Positions 1-6,781 are shown, counted from the first letter of the stretch. The stretch: DNA of 7,531 bases from a virus (IMGVR_UViG_2529292715_000018); one strand, 5' to 3'. Notes: generated by a model not told the origin, from the letters alone. Translations and numbers: made by a program.

Positions 1-303
1 TTAACGCGTATTTTTCAGCGACTCCTGTGCAAAATACGCTGTTGCTTTTTTTAATATATCTCGCTCAAGGCGAGCTTCATTTAACGCCTTACGCAGCTGC
101 AGAATTTCAGATTCCAGTTCAGCCAGCGTGCGGGAACCAGGAGTACCGAGCCCTTTTCTGGCGGCGGTAACCCATTGTCCTAAAGTGCCTTCAGGAAGAG
201 ATAATCGGGAAGCGCCTTCACTGATCGAAAGTTGATTTTCAAGAACCGTTCTGACAGCTTCGGCTTTGAACTCTTTAGAGTAACGTTGGGTTTTTCTGCT
301 CAT
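1..303 (-). CDS. IS3-family transposase OrfA (IS600-like), 100 aa, HTH plus leucine-zipper
   Basis: ORF MSRKTQRYSKEFKAEAVRTVLENQLSISEGASRLS...LQLRKALNEARLERDILKKATAYF, typical IS3-family OrfA architecture. Strong SD (AGAAGGAG) 7 nt upstream of ATG on minus strand. Stop codon at 1-3. Confidence 0.85.
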   Translation of the reverse strand: MSRKTQRYSKEFKAEAVRTVLENQLSISEGASRLSLPEGTLGQWVTAARKGLGTPGSRTLAELESEILQLRKALNEARLERDILKKATAYFAQESLKNTR

Positions 304-367
304 TATTAGCTCCTTCTGATGCCATTCTATTTCAGGAAGGAGCGTCCGTTAAACTCAGGCTACCTCA
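1..367 (-). mobile_element. IS3-family insertion sequence, IS600-like, partial (one terminus at ~367; element continues beyond window start)
   Basis: Complete OrfA on minus strand (1-303). The reverse complement of 345-367 reads TGAGGTAGCCTGAGTTTAACGG, a TG-initiated IS3-family terminus. OrfB would lie left of the window. IS600 assignment is from memory of the OrfA sequence, not a search. Confidence 0.7.
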
Positions 368-714
368 CTTATTCTAAGCAACCGGGTAGCATCATACGGG
401 GCAATTATGGCCGCATTACCATACATGCAACTGTACATAGCTGATTATCTGGCTGACACCATGCATTTGTCAGCAGAGGAGCACGGCGCGTATTTGTTGC
501 TGATGTTCAATTACTGGCAAACAGGAAAGCCAATACCCAAAAACAGGTTGGCAAAAATTGCCCGTCTGACTAACGAGCGATGGGTTGATGTTGAACCATC
601 CTTGCGGGAGTTTTTTTGTGATAACGGCGACGAATGGATGCATCTTCGGATTGAGGAAGATCTGGCATCTGTCAGAGAAAAATTAACCAAAAAATCAGCC
701 GCAGGAAAAGCATC

Positions 715-813
715 TGTTCAGGCCAGAAGAAGCAGAAAGGAAGCAGATGTTCAAACAAAACAAGAGAGAAATTTAACAGGTGTTCAAACAGATGTTGGAG
801 TGGTGTTCGAACA
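715..813. repeat. Iteron-like repeats (TGTTCA core; TGTTCAAACA x2, palindromic TGTTCGAACA x1), putative phage origin
   Basis: TGTTCA at 715, 749, 781 and TGTTCG at 804, spaced 34/32/23 bp, inside the initiator coding sequence immediately upstream of the IS2 insertion point. Confidence 0.4.
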
Positions 814-814
814 T

Positions 815-819
815 GATGC
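815..819. repeat. IS2 target-site duplication, left copy (GATGC)
   Basis: GATGC directly abuts the IS2 terminus at 820 and recurs at 2073-2077 directly after the other terminus. IS2 is known to make 5-bp duplications. Confidence 0.8.
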
Positions 820-830
820 TGGATTTGCCC

Positions 831-1655
831 CTATATTTCCAGACATCTGTTATCACTTAACCCATTACAAGCCCGCTGCCGCAGATATTCCCGTGGCGAG
901 CGATAACCCAGCGCACTATGCGGATGCCATTCGTTATAATGCTCGAACGCCTCTGCAAGGTTCTTTGCTGCCGTTAACCCGTCTGGTTTGGGCATGATAC
1001 TGATGTAGTCACGCTTTATCGTTTTCACGAAGCTCTCTGCTATTCCGTTACTCTCCGGACTCCGCACCGCCGTGTTCTTCGGTTCAAGTCCCAACATCCG
1101 GGCGAACTGGCGTGTTTCATTAGCCCGGTAGCATGAACCATTATCCGTCAGCCACTCCACTGGAGACGACGGAAGATCGTTGCCGAAGCGGCGTTCCACC
1201 GCTCCCAGCATGACGTCCTGTACTGTTTCACTGTTGAAGCCGCCGGTAGTCACCGCCCAGTGCAGTGCCTCACGATCACAGCAGTCCAGCGCGAACGTGA
1301 CACGCAGTCTCTCTCCGTTATCACAGCAGAACTCGAACCCGTCAGAGCACCATCGCTGATTGCTTTCTTTCACGGCCACTCTGCCTGTATGTGCCCGTTT
1401 CGATGGCGGTACAGCAGGTTTTCGCTCAAGCAACAGCGCATTCTGGCGCATGATCCGGTAAACACGTTTGGCATTGATCGCAGGCATACCATCAAGTTCT
1501 GCCTGTCTGCGAAGCAGCGCCCATACCCGACGATAACCATACGTGGGCAGCTCTCCGATAACATGGTGTATACGGAGAAGCACATCCGTATCATCAGTGT
1601 GACGACTGCGGCGGCCATCCATCCAGTCATCGGTTCGTCTGAGAATGACGTGCAA
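831..1655 (-). CDS. insD: IS2 transposase InsD (OrfB) catalytic region, N-terminally truncated (begins at [11 protein letters not shown]; no ATG)
   Basis: Translation [18 protein letters not shown]...[34 protein letters not shown] matches InsD from about residue 27 onward. The reported M is a TTG codon. An in-frame TGA lies 10 codons upstream. Confidence 0.85.
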   Translation of the reverse strand: MHVILRRTDDWMDGRRSRHTDDTDVLLRIHHVIGELPTYGYRRVWALLRRQAELDGMPAINAKRVYRIMRQNALLLERKPAVPPSKRAHTGRVAVKESNQRWCSDGFEFCCDNGERLRVTFALDCCDREALHWAVTTGGFNSETVQDVMLGAVERRFGNDLPSSPVEWLTDNGSCYRANETRQFARMLGLEPKNTAVRSPESNGIAESFVKTIKRDYISIMPKPDGLTAAKNLAEAFEHYNEWHPHSALGYRSPREYLRQRACNGLSDNRCLEI

Positions 1656-1981
1656 CTGCGCACGCGACCCCCGGATTCAACGGCTTCTTTGAGGAGTTCA
1701 TTTTCCATCGTTTTCTTGCCGAGCAGGCGCTGGAGTTCTTTAATCTGCTTCATGGCGGCAGCAAGTTCAGAGGCAGGAACAACCTGTTCTCCGGCGGCCA
1801 CAGCAGTAAGACTTCCTTCCTGGTATTGCTTACGCCAGAGAAATAACTGGCTGGCTGCTACACCATGTTGCCGGGCAACGAGGGAGACCGTCATCCCCGG
1901 TTCAAAGCTCTGCTGAACAATTGCGATCTTTTCCTGTGTGGTACGCCGTCTGCGTTTCTCCGGCCCTAAGACATCAATCAT
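1370..1981 (-). CDS. insC: IS2 InsC (OrfA) with aberrant C-terminal extension; native C-terminus and frameshift window deleted
   Basis: [40 protein letters not shown]...[14 protein letters not shown] matches InsC. After EAVE the frame runs on out of frame through the InsD region to a stop at 1370, instead of ending after about 121 aa. Confidence 0.8.
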   Translation of the reverse strand: MIDVLGPEKRRRRTTQEKIAIVQQSFEPGMTVSLVARQHGVAASQLFLWRKQYQEGSLTAVAAGEQVVPASELAAAMKQIKELQRLLGKKTMENELLKEAVESGGRVRSCTSFSDEPMTGWMAAAVVTLMIRMCFSVYTMLSESCPRMVIVGYGRCFADRQNLMVCLRSMPNVFTGSCARMRCCLSENLLYRHRNGHIQAEWP

Positions 1982-2072
1982 CTGTTCTCCAATGACTAGT
2001 CTAAAAACTAGTATTAAGGCTATCACTTAAATAAGTGATACTGGTTGTCTGGAGATTCAGGGGGCCAGTCTA

Positions 2073-2077
2073 GATGC
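2073..2077. repeat. IS2 target-site duplication, right copy (GATGC)
   Basis: Identical pentamer flanking the opposite IS2 terminus. Confidence 0.8.
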
Positions 2078-2813
2078 CAACACAAAGGCAACTAATAAAG
2101 ATACAGATAAAGATCTAAAAACAGATCTAACCCATCCCAAACCCTTCCCTTCCGGAAGGGAGTTTCGGGATTTTGTGGCTGGAGTGCTTGAGGGGAGATT
2201 ATCTGGCGGTACTGCAGCGGAATTTTGTAATTCTGCGGTGGTTGCGTTGCAGGCTGCTGGCCTGGATGTCTGTCGTGAGTATCCGGTGCCAGAGCGTGGT
2301 GACGGTTGCGGAGGGCGGATTGATATCGTCGTGACTGACAGGAACGGTGTCCGGTGTGGGATCGAGCTTGACCGAAATTCTCCGCGACAGAAATCACTGC
2401 TCAAAATCGGTGCTGTTGAAACCGGGATATGTGTCTTGCGGCGCAGTGATATCGCAAGGCACACCGAGCAGGGAATTCTGGTTATCGGTGGGGCTGTTCG
2501 CCAGAAAAAATTTGACCCGTTGTCAGTTGATCTGCCCGACTGGTTGCCAGATACACTCTGGCATGAGTGGGTCCAGTTCAGGCAGGCATTGCGAAAACCG
2601 ATTCGAACGGAGCTGGGCGCTAACGGGGCGATACGGGAACTGGAAAAATTCCGTCAGCAGGGTTTTACACCTGAGCAGGTGATTCGACACAGCATCGCCA
2701 ATGAATACCAGGGTCTGTTCGCGCCGAAAGGTGTTCGGCCTGAGACGTTGCTCCGACAGGTTAACACCGTCTCGTTGCCGGACAGTGCGATCCCGCCAGG
2801 CTTCAGGGGGTAA
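2078..2813 (+). pseudogene. Phage replication initiator, C-terminal fragment (continues 407-819 in frame once IS2 and one GATGC copy are removed)
   Basis: Frame is open from 2079 with no stop. Removing 820-2077 joins it in frame to 407-819, giving a 382-aa ORF. Stop TAA at 2811-2813 lies 6 nt before the DnaC-like start. Confidence 0.7.
2079..2135. other. A-rich tract with short repeats (AAAGAT / ACAGAT), candidate DNA-unwinding element of the putative origin
   Basis: Sequence aacacaaaggcaactaataaagatacagataaagatctaaaaacagatctaac lies directly downstream of the iteron-like repeats in the pre-insertion arrangement. Confidence 0.3.
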
Positions 2814-2819
2814 CAGACC

Positions 2820-3566
2820 ATGAAAAATATTGCGACAGGAGGCGTTCTGGAGCGTATCCGCAGACTGACCCCACCACATGTAACCGCCCCATTCAGAACG
2901 GTTGCGGAGTGGCGCGAGTGGCAACTTGCTGAAGGCCAGAAACGTTGCGAGGAGATCAACCGCCTGAATCGTCAGTTGCGGGTGGAAAAAATTCTGAACC
3001 GCTCCGGCATCCAGCCGTTGCACCGGAAGTGTTCGTTTGCGAATTACCGGGCGCAGAACGACGGTCAGCGACATGCACTGAGTCAGGCGAAATCCATAGC
3101 TGACGAACTGATGACAGGCTGTACGAATTTTGTGTTCAGCGGTAAGCCCGGCACCGGAAAAAATCATCTTGCAGCCGCGATTGGCAACCGGCTGATGGCG
3201 AAGGGGCGTAGCGTGATTATCGTCACCGTGTCCGATGTCATGAGCGTGTTGCATGAGAGCTACGACAACGGCAAATCCGGTGAAAAATTTTTACAGGAGC
3301 TTTGTGGTGTTGACCTGCTGGTCCTGGATGAAATTGGCATGCAGCGGGATACGAAAAACGAGCAGGTGGTACTGAACCAGATTGTTGATCGCCGGACGGC
3401 ATCGTTACGCGGTGTGGGGATGCTGACAAATATTAACCATGCAGCGATGAATACACTTCTCGGCGAGCGGGTGATGGATCGCATGGTCATGAACGGCGGG
3501 CGCTGGGTGAATTTTAACTGGGAGAGCTGGCGTCCGAATGTTAGCCATTCGAGGGTTGTTAAGTAG
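2820..3566 (+). CDS. DnaC-like helicase loader / phage replication protein (AAA+ ATPase, IstB/DnaC family)
   Basis: Walker A FSGKPGTGKNHLAAAIG and Walker B DLLVLDEIG. SD AGGGGG upstream. Sits immediately downstream of the initiator gene, the usual phage O/P-like pairing. Confidence 0.9.
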   Translation: MKNIATGGVLERIRRLTPPHVTAPFRTVAEWREWQLAEGQKRCEEINRLNRQLRVEKILNRSGIQPLHRKCSFANYRAQNDGQRHALSQAKSIADELMTGCTNFVFSGKPGTGKNHLAAAIGNRLMAKGRSVIIVTVSDVMSVLHESYDNGKSGEKFLQELCGVDLLVLDEIGMQRDTKNEQVVLNQIVDRRTASLRGVGMLTNINHAAMNTLLGERVMDRMVMNGGRWVNFNWESWRPNVSHSRVVK

Positions 3567-3580
3567 TTTCAGGAGGATTT

Positions 3581-4003
3581 ATGGCGAAACCTTTTACTCC
3601 CGAACAGCGGGAAGAACTGAAGACGCGAATTGTGGAACTCGTGCATCAGGACGGTCGGGTCACGATTCGGCAGTTGTCAGATGAAACAGGTATCAGTCGT
3701 GCGTCTGTCGGTCGCTTATGCATGGAACTGGTCGCAAGTGGTGATGTATATAATTCTGGCTACGGGGTATTTCCCTCTGAACAGGCTCATAAAGACTGGC
3801 AAAACGCCCGCAAAAAGCTATCGAGGGTAAAGGTGAAGAAACCGGTTGTGGTTGATCCTGACCTTATCTGGTCATTACCAGACGGAGAAATACGCCGCTA
3901 CGACAGGCGCCTGAATATAATCTGTCGCGAGTGCCGGAAGAGCGAAGCTATGCAGCGCGTGCTGGCGTTTTATCAGGGGAAATTTCAGGAGGCGGTACTG
4001 TGA
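3581..4003 (+). CDS. Ren-like protein (winged-HTH N-terminus; C-terminus resembles lambda Ren)
   Basis: Strong SD (CAGGAGG) 6 nt upstream. C-terminal ICRECRKSEAMQRVLAFYQGK resembles lambda Ren VFKECRQSAAMKRVLAVYGVK as recalled. Position directly after the P-like gene matches lambda ren. Confidence 0.75.
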   Translation: MAKPFTPEQREELKTRIVELVHQDGRVTIRQLSDETGISRASVGRLCMELVASGDVYNSGYGVFPSEQAHKDWQNARKKLSRVKVKKPVVVDPDLIWSLPDGEIRRYDRRLNIICRECRKSEAMQRVLAFYQGKFQEAVL

Positions 4004-4060
4004 GTAAAATTAGCTATCAGGCTTCAATTACCGCTGGTATTCGCATCAAAGGAGAGGAGC

Positions 4061-4417
4061 ATGGAAATAAAACCAGAAGATGAGTTAAGCAATATCGTTT
4101 TATTTCCGGTAAAAGAGGATGACCCACGTAATCAGGTTAATTTTCTTTATGAACCATCGGAAAGACCATATTGCCATCACGCCTCTGTCCGGGTTGACGA
4201 AAAAGAGCGTCAGGTCCGCTGTAAAATCTGCGGTGCGGTTGTGGAGCCGTTTGACTGGATGCTCTCTGTGGCAAAAAGAGAAACCAGACTGGCAGATGAT
4301 GTAAGGCTATTGCGCCAGGAGGAACAGGAAAGGCGGAGAAATATAGAAAAGCTGATACAGATTGAGCGTAACGCGAAAGCGCGGATACGCAGGGCGACAA
4401 AATCCAGAACTGAATAA
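4061..4417 (+). CDS. Hypothetical phage protein, putative zinc-ribbon (CHH...CxxC) with basic coiled-coil C-terminus
   Basis: SD AAAGGAGAGGAG upstream of ATG. Motif YCHHASVRVDEKERQVRCKICGAV. C-terminal region rich in R/E/Q. No family recognised. Confidence 0.7.
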   Translation: MEIKPEDELSNIVLFPVKEDDPRNQVNFLYEPSERPYCHHASVRVDEKERQVRCKICGAVVEPFDWMLSVAKRETRLADDVRLLRQEEQERRRNIEKLIQIERNAKARIRRATKSRTE

Positions 4418-4509
4418 TTAAATTTAGCACTGTTAAAAATTTAATCCTTAACCGGAGGGATTTCTGCACCCTCAAATCATCAGGAGACCGCCCGAAAGGG
4501 CGGTAATGA

Positions 4510-4728
4510 ATGGTTACATTATTTAGAAAAAAATATCCGCGAAAGAGTAGAACAACAGAATTCCTGTTTCTCATTCTGTTTATCGTGTTGATGACACCGA
4601 TATCCCCGCTAATTTTTGTCTGGATAATCGGAAAAATAATTGAGCCAGTTATTGAATTGTATAACGACGTGGTATGGGCGTCATTCAACACACTGCACAA
4701 TAAAATTAATCCGTATAAGGAAAGCTGA
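4510..4728 (+). CDS. Putative small membrane protein (72 aa, one predicted TM helix) in an AT-rich islet
   Basis: Basic N-terminus (RKKYPRKSR) followed by hydrophobic FLFLILFIVLMTPISPLIFVWIIGKII. Local GC clearly lower than flanks. Putative SD AAGGG sits inside a hairpin. Could be a non-coding spacer instead. Confidence 0.4.
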   Translation: MVTLFRKKYPRKSRTTEFLFLILFIVLMTPISPLIFVWIIGKIIEPVIELYNDVVWASFNTLHNKINPYKES

Positions 4729-4729
4729 T

Positions 4730-5164
4730 ATGGCACTGACGAAAAAACAACGTGCAGAACTGCGCATGAAGTTCGGTGGTCGCTGCGCTTATTGCGGCTG
4801 CGAACTTGGCGAAAAGTGGCATGCAGACCATGTAAAACCGGTCATTCGTTTTGATGGAAATATGCTTCACCAGGAACGTGACGATATATCCAACATGGTA
4901 CCAGAATGCCACCCATGCAATCTGCACAAGCATTGCAGTAGCCTAGAAGATTATCGACGAATTATCAGTGATGGTCGTCGTGAATTCCTTGCGTCCGGGA
5001 AAGGCAAAGCGCTGGTTCGTATGGGATTGGTTGAAATGAAATCTGACCCGGTTGTGTTCTGGTTTGAAAAATATCAAGAAGGGGCTACGGCATGGCCACT
5101 ATTACCAAAGAGCGACTGCAATGGCTGGCTAACATTTCTGGCCGCGATGATATTGACGATATAG
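4730..5164 (+). CDS. HNH endonuclease
   Basis: Motifs CAYCGCEL, HADHVKPV and PECHPCNLHK fit the HNH pattern. SD AAGGAAA upstream of ATG at 4730; the ORF track start at 4640 is probably an over-extension. The 3' end overlaps the next gene by 73 nt in another frame. Confidence 0.85.
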   Translation: MALTKKQRAELRMKFGGRCAYCGCELGEKWHADHVKPVIRFDGNMLHQERDDISNMVPECHPCNLHKHCSSLEDYRRIISDGRREFLASGKGKALVRMGLVEMKSDPVVFWFEKYQEGATAWPLLPKSDCNGWLTFLAAMILTI

Positions 5165-5757
5165 ACGGCGGTGAAATTCGTGAACTGGCGCTTATCGCTC
5201 TGGCATCACTGGAAGCAGAGCCTGTAGCGGAATGCATTGTTGAAGATGGGGGCATGTGTATTGACGGGTTCGGTGAGTATGTGGGTCACTCGCTGCCTGA
5301 TGGAATGCATGAGCTTTATGCTGCCCCGCGAATGCGACAACCTGATGGATGGAAAGCCGTAGCTGTAGCGTGGAAGGTGACGTTTACTCAAGTTGACCAG
5401 GAATCTAATACGTTCACTGCTATATATTTTGACAAAGCGGAAGTTGAGCGTTGGGTACGACTGCATAAAGCATGTGATTTTCGGGCAGATATAACACCGC
5501 TTTACGCAGCGCCGGCAGTGCCGGTTGCAGTAAACGACGACATGGCTTACGCATTCCATCACGCACTGTCAGATTCATCGCTTGGCTCTGGTGAAATCGA
5601 AGAAATTAAAACCGGTTTGCGTGCTGCCTTTGCCAACGTCACTATCCAACCAGAGCCGATAGTGCCGGATGAAATCGGGCCAAACGATAGTAATACGTTT
5701 GATTATGTTGATGGCTGGAACGCCTGCCGCGCTGCCATGCTTAAGGGAGATAAATAA
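5092..5757 (+). CDS. Hypothetical phage accessory protein (221 aa), acidic N-terminus, internal LYAAP repeat
   Basis: SD AAGAAGGGG 7 nt upstream of ATG. Stop overlaps the start of the next gene (TAATG). No confident family assignment. Confidence 0.7.
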   Translation: MATITKERLQWLANISGRDDIDDIDGGEIRELALIALASLEAEPVAECIVEDGGMCIDGFGEYVGHSLPDGMHELYAAPRMRQPDGWKAVAVAWKVTFTQVDQESNTFTAIYFDKAEVERWVRLHKACDFRADITPLYAAPAVPVAVNDDMAYAFHHALSDSSLGSGEIEEIKTGLRAAFANVTIQPEPIVPDEIGPNDSNTFDYVDGWNACRAAMLKGDK

Positions 5758-6122
5758 TGATTAATCGAACCAAACTGGAGCACATTCTCGAATATGCCAG
5801 GCAGCAGAAATGTATTGGGCAACTTTGTAAAATTCCACCAGGAGATATGGTTGAAATCGTGGAAATGGCCATGCGTAAGGCTGGCAACTCTCCGGTAACT
5901 CTGGCTGGCTGGATAAGCTGTAGTGATGCAGTTCCTGCTGAATATTGCGATGTGATTCTTCTCGATGATCTCGGGAATGTATTCCCCGGTTCCTGGGATA
6001 AGGTTTTTTGCCCCACTCGTGGCGGGAATAAGATGGCTTTTGTGGACAAAGACGGCGTTGAAGTAGAGAGCTCAACTCACTGGATGCCGCTACCGGAACC
6101 ACCGCAGGAGGTGAATCAATGA
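5757..6122 (+). CDS. DUF551-domain phage protein
   Basis: C-terminal THWMPLPEPP and GWISCSDAVPAEYCDVILL match the DUF551 pattern as recalled. Translationally coupled to the upstream gene. Confidence 0.8.
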   Translation: MINRTKLEHILEYARQQKCIGQLCKIPPGDMVEIVEMAMRKAGNSPVTLAGWISCSDAVPAEYCDVILLDDLGNVFPGSWDKVFCPTRGGNKMAFVDKDGVEVESSTHWMPLPEPPQEVNQ

Positions 6123-6202
6123 CCTGGCCTGAGGCATTCACCACGGTAGGAATTGCGATGGCGGTGGCGCTGGTGGTGTATTCGATTTGCCGTTGGGGTT
6201 AA
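6119..6202 (+). CDS. Small hydrophobic peptide (27 aa, MTWPEAFTTVGIAMAVALVVYSICRWG), putative single-TM membrane peptide
   Basis: ATG overlaps the upstream stop (ATGA). Strong SD AGGAGG 8 nt upstream. Followed within 10 nt by an intrinsic terminator. Below the ORF-track length cutoff. Confidence 0.4.
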   Translation: MTWPEAFTTVGIAMAVALVVYSICRWG

Positions 6203-6209
6203 CAAACAA

Positions 6210-6240
6210 AAACCCCGGATTGATGGTCCGGGGTTTTTGA
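6210..6240 (+). terminator. Rho-independent terminator
   Basis: Hairpin AACCCCGGA...TCCGGGGTT followed by TTTTT. Confidence 0.75.
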
Positions 6241-6408
6241 AGGAAACAAAACAGAAACAGCAATTGCCGTTACCTGTTGTTACCATGGCAAGTAAACGTA
6301 TCTCAGGCGAGCGCATTGCGCCGTTCTGACGCAGATAAATTAGCCTGGATAGAAGGTGCTGGCAATAAAAAATAGCGTTTTCTTATCGGTATCGGTAAGA
6401 TTGCTGCG

Positions 6409-6420
6409 GGTGCTTGAGGC
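6409..6420 (+). promoter_or_regulatory. Putative 5' end of hok mRNA (tac-like element GGTGCTTGAGGC)
   Basis: Resembles the 5' end of plasmid R1 hok mRNA (GGCGCUUGAGGC) as recalled. Complementary to a 3' element at 6782-6793. A possible -10 (TAAGAT) lies at 6396-6401. Confidence 0.5.
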
Positions 6421-6454
6421 TGTCTGCCTCGGGCATGCCACTGTAAGGCAGACA

Positions 6455-6550
6455 GAGAAAAGCCCCAGTTAACATTACGCGTCCTGCAAGACGCTTAACA
6501 TTAATCTGAGGCCCAATCTATGTCTCACAAATGTAGGTTAGCCTCTTACG
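6455..6550 (-). ncRNA. Sok-like antisense RNA, putative; boundaries approximate
   Basis: By analogy with hok/sok loci the antisense RNA is encoded opposite the mok start and leader. An inverted repeat GCGTC...GACGC (6479-6494) and a T-rich stretch on the minus strand could form its 3' end. Promoter not confidently identified. Confidence 0.35.
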
Positions 6551-6732
6551 TGCCGAAAGGCAAGGAGAAGCAGGCTATGAAGCAGCAAAAGGCGATGTTA
6601 ATCGCCCTGATCGTCATCTGTTTAACCGTCATAGTGACGGCACTGGTAACGAGGAAAGACCTCTGCGAGGTACGAATCCGAACCGGCCAGACGGAGGTCG
6701 CTGTCTTCACAGCTTACGAACCTGAGGAGTAA
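6520..6732 (+). CDS. Mok-like reading frame (70 aa) containing hok in frame
   Basis: ATG at 6520 opens a frame running into and through hok, the arrangement recalled for chromosomal mokC/hokC. Confidence 0.55.
   Translation: MSHKCRLASYVPKGKEKQAMKQQKAMLIALIVICLTVIVTALVTRKDLCEVRIRTGQTEVAVFTAYEPEE
6577..6732 (+). CDS. hokD: Hok/Gef-family type I toxin (51 aa), HokD/RelF-like
   Basis: MKQQKAMLIALIVICLTVIVTALVTRKDLCEVRIRTGQTEVAVFTAYEPEE: single TM helix plus conserved RKxLCE...GQTEVA motif. Matches HokD (RelF) as recalled from memory. SD AAGGAG upstream. Confidence 0.85.
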   Translation: MKQQKAMLIALIVICLTVIVTALVTRKDLCEVRIRTGQTEVAVFTAYEPEE

Positions 6733-6781
6733 GAGACCAGGCGGGGGAGAAATCCCTCGCCACCTCTCATGTGTCAGGCAT

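Larger units (their letters stand above)
407..819 (+). pseudogene. Phage replication initiator (DUF1376-type, O-like), N-terminal fragment, interrupted by IS2 at 819/820
   Basis: N-terminus MAALPYMQLYIADYLADTMHLSAEEHGAYLLLMFNYW matches the DUF1376 signature (YxxLYxxDxLxDT...GAY..LL) as recalled. The ORF track extension to 997 is read-through into the IS2 terminal repeat. Confidence 0.7.
820..2072 (-). mobile_element. IS2 (IS3 family), 1253 bp, internally deleted copy
   Basis: Termini TGGATTTGCCCCTATATTTCCAGACATCTGTTATCACTTAA (820-860) and reverse complement TAGACTGGCCCCCTGAATCTCCAGACAACC (ending 2072) match IS2 inverted repeats as recalled. InsC and InsD reading frames are present on the minus strand. 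About 78 bp shorter than the canonical 1331 bp recalled for IS2. Confidence 0.9.

Noticed and set aside
407-997. 196-aa plus-strand ORF in the six-frame track
   Set aside because: Only 407-819 is genuine initiator coding sequence. The rest is chance read-through into the IS2 terminal repeat and InsD antisense region.
1260-1916. 218-aa plus-strand ORF inside IS2
   Set aside because: Antisense to the recognised InsC/InsD frames, with no recognisable motifs. Shadow ORF.
1982-2026. N-terminal extension ([15 protein letters not shown]) of the InsC ORF in the six-frame track
   Set aside because: Canonical InsC starts at MIDVLG (ATG 1979-1981). The extension lies in the IS2 promoter and leader region.
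2057-2464. Minus-strand ORFs of 135 and 101 aa
   Set aside because: Antisense to the initiator C-terminal fragment and spanning the IS2 junction. Low-complexity translation, no start context.
2523-3254. 243-aa minus-strand ORF (and 2654-2959, 3238-3490 minus ORFs)
   Set aside because: Antisense to the well-supported initiator and DnaC-like genes. Long open frames of this kind are expected by chance opposite GC-rich coding sequence.
3630-3830. 66-aa plus-strand ORF
   Set aside because: Alternative frame inside the Ren-like gene, with no SD.
4487-4504. GC-rich hairpin with GAAA loop as an intrinsic terminator
   Set aside because: No U-tract follows on either strand. More likely a structural or translational-control element than a terminator.
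4640-4729. Upstream extension of the HNH ORF (start at 4640 in the track)
   Set aside because: ATG at 4730 has a proper SD, and the extension overlaps the small membrane ORF in another frame.
4137-4736. 199-aa minus-strand ORF
   Set aside because: Antisense to the zinc-ribbon gene and the AT-rich islet. Plus-strand genes here have strong SD sequences and co-directional operon structure.
5206-6316. Minus-strand ORFs 5206-5562, 5741-6049, 5761-6144 and 6116-6316
   Set aside because: All antisense to translationally coupled plus-strand genes or spanning the terminator. No start signals.
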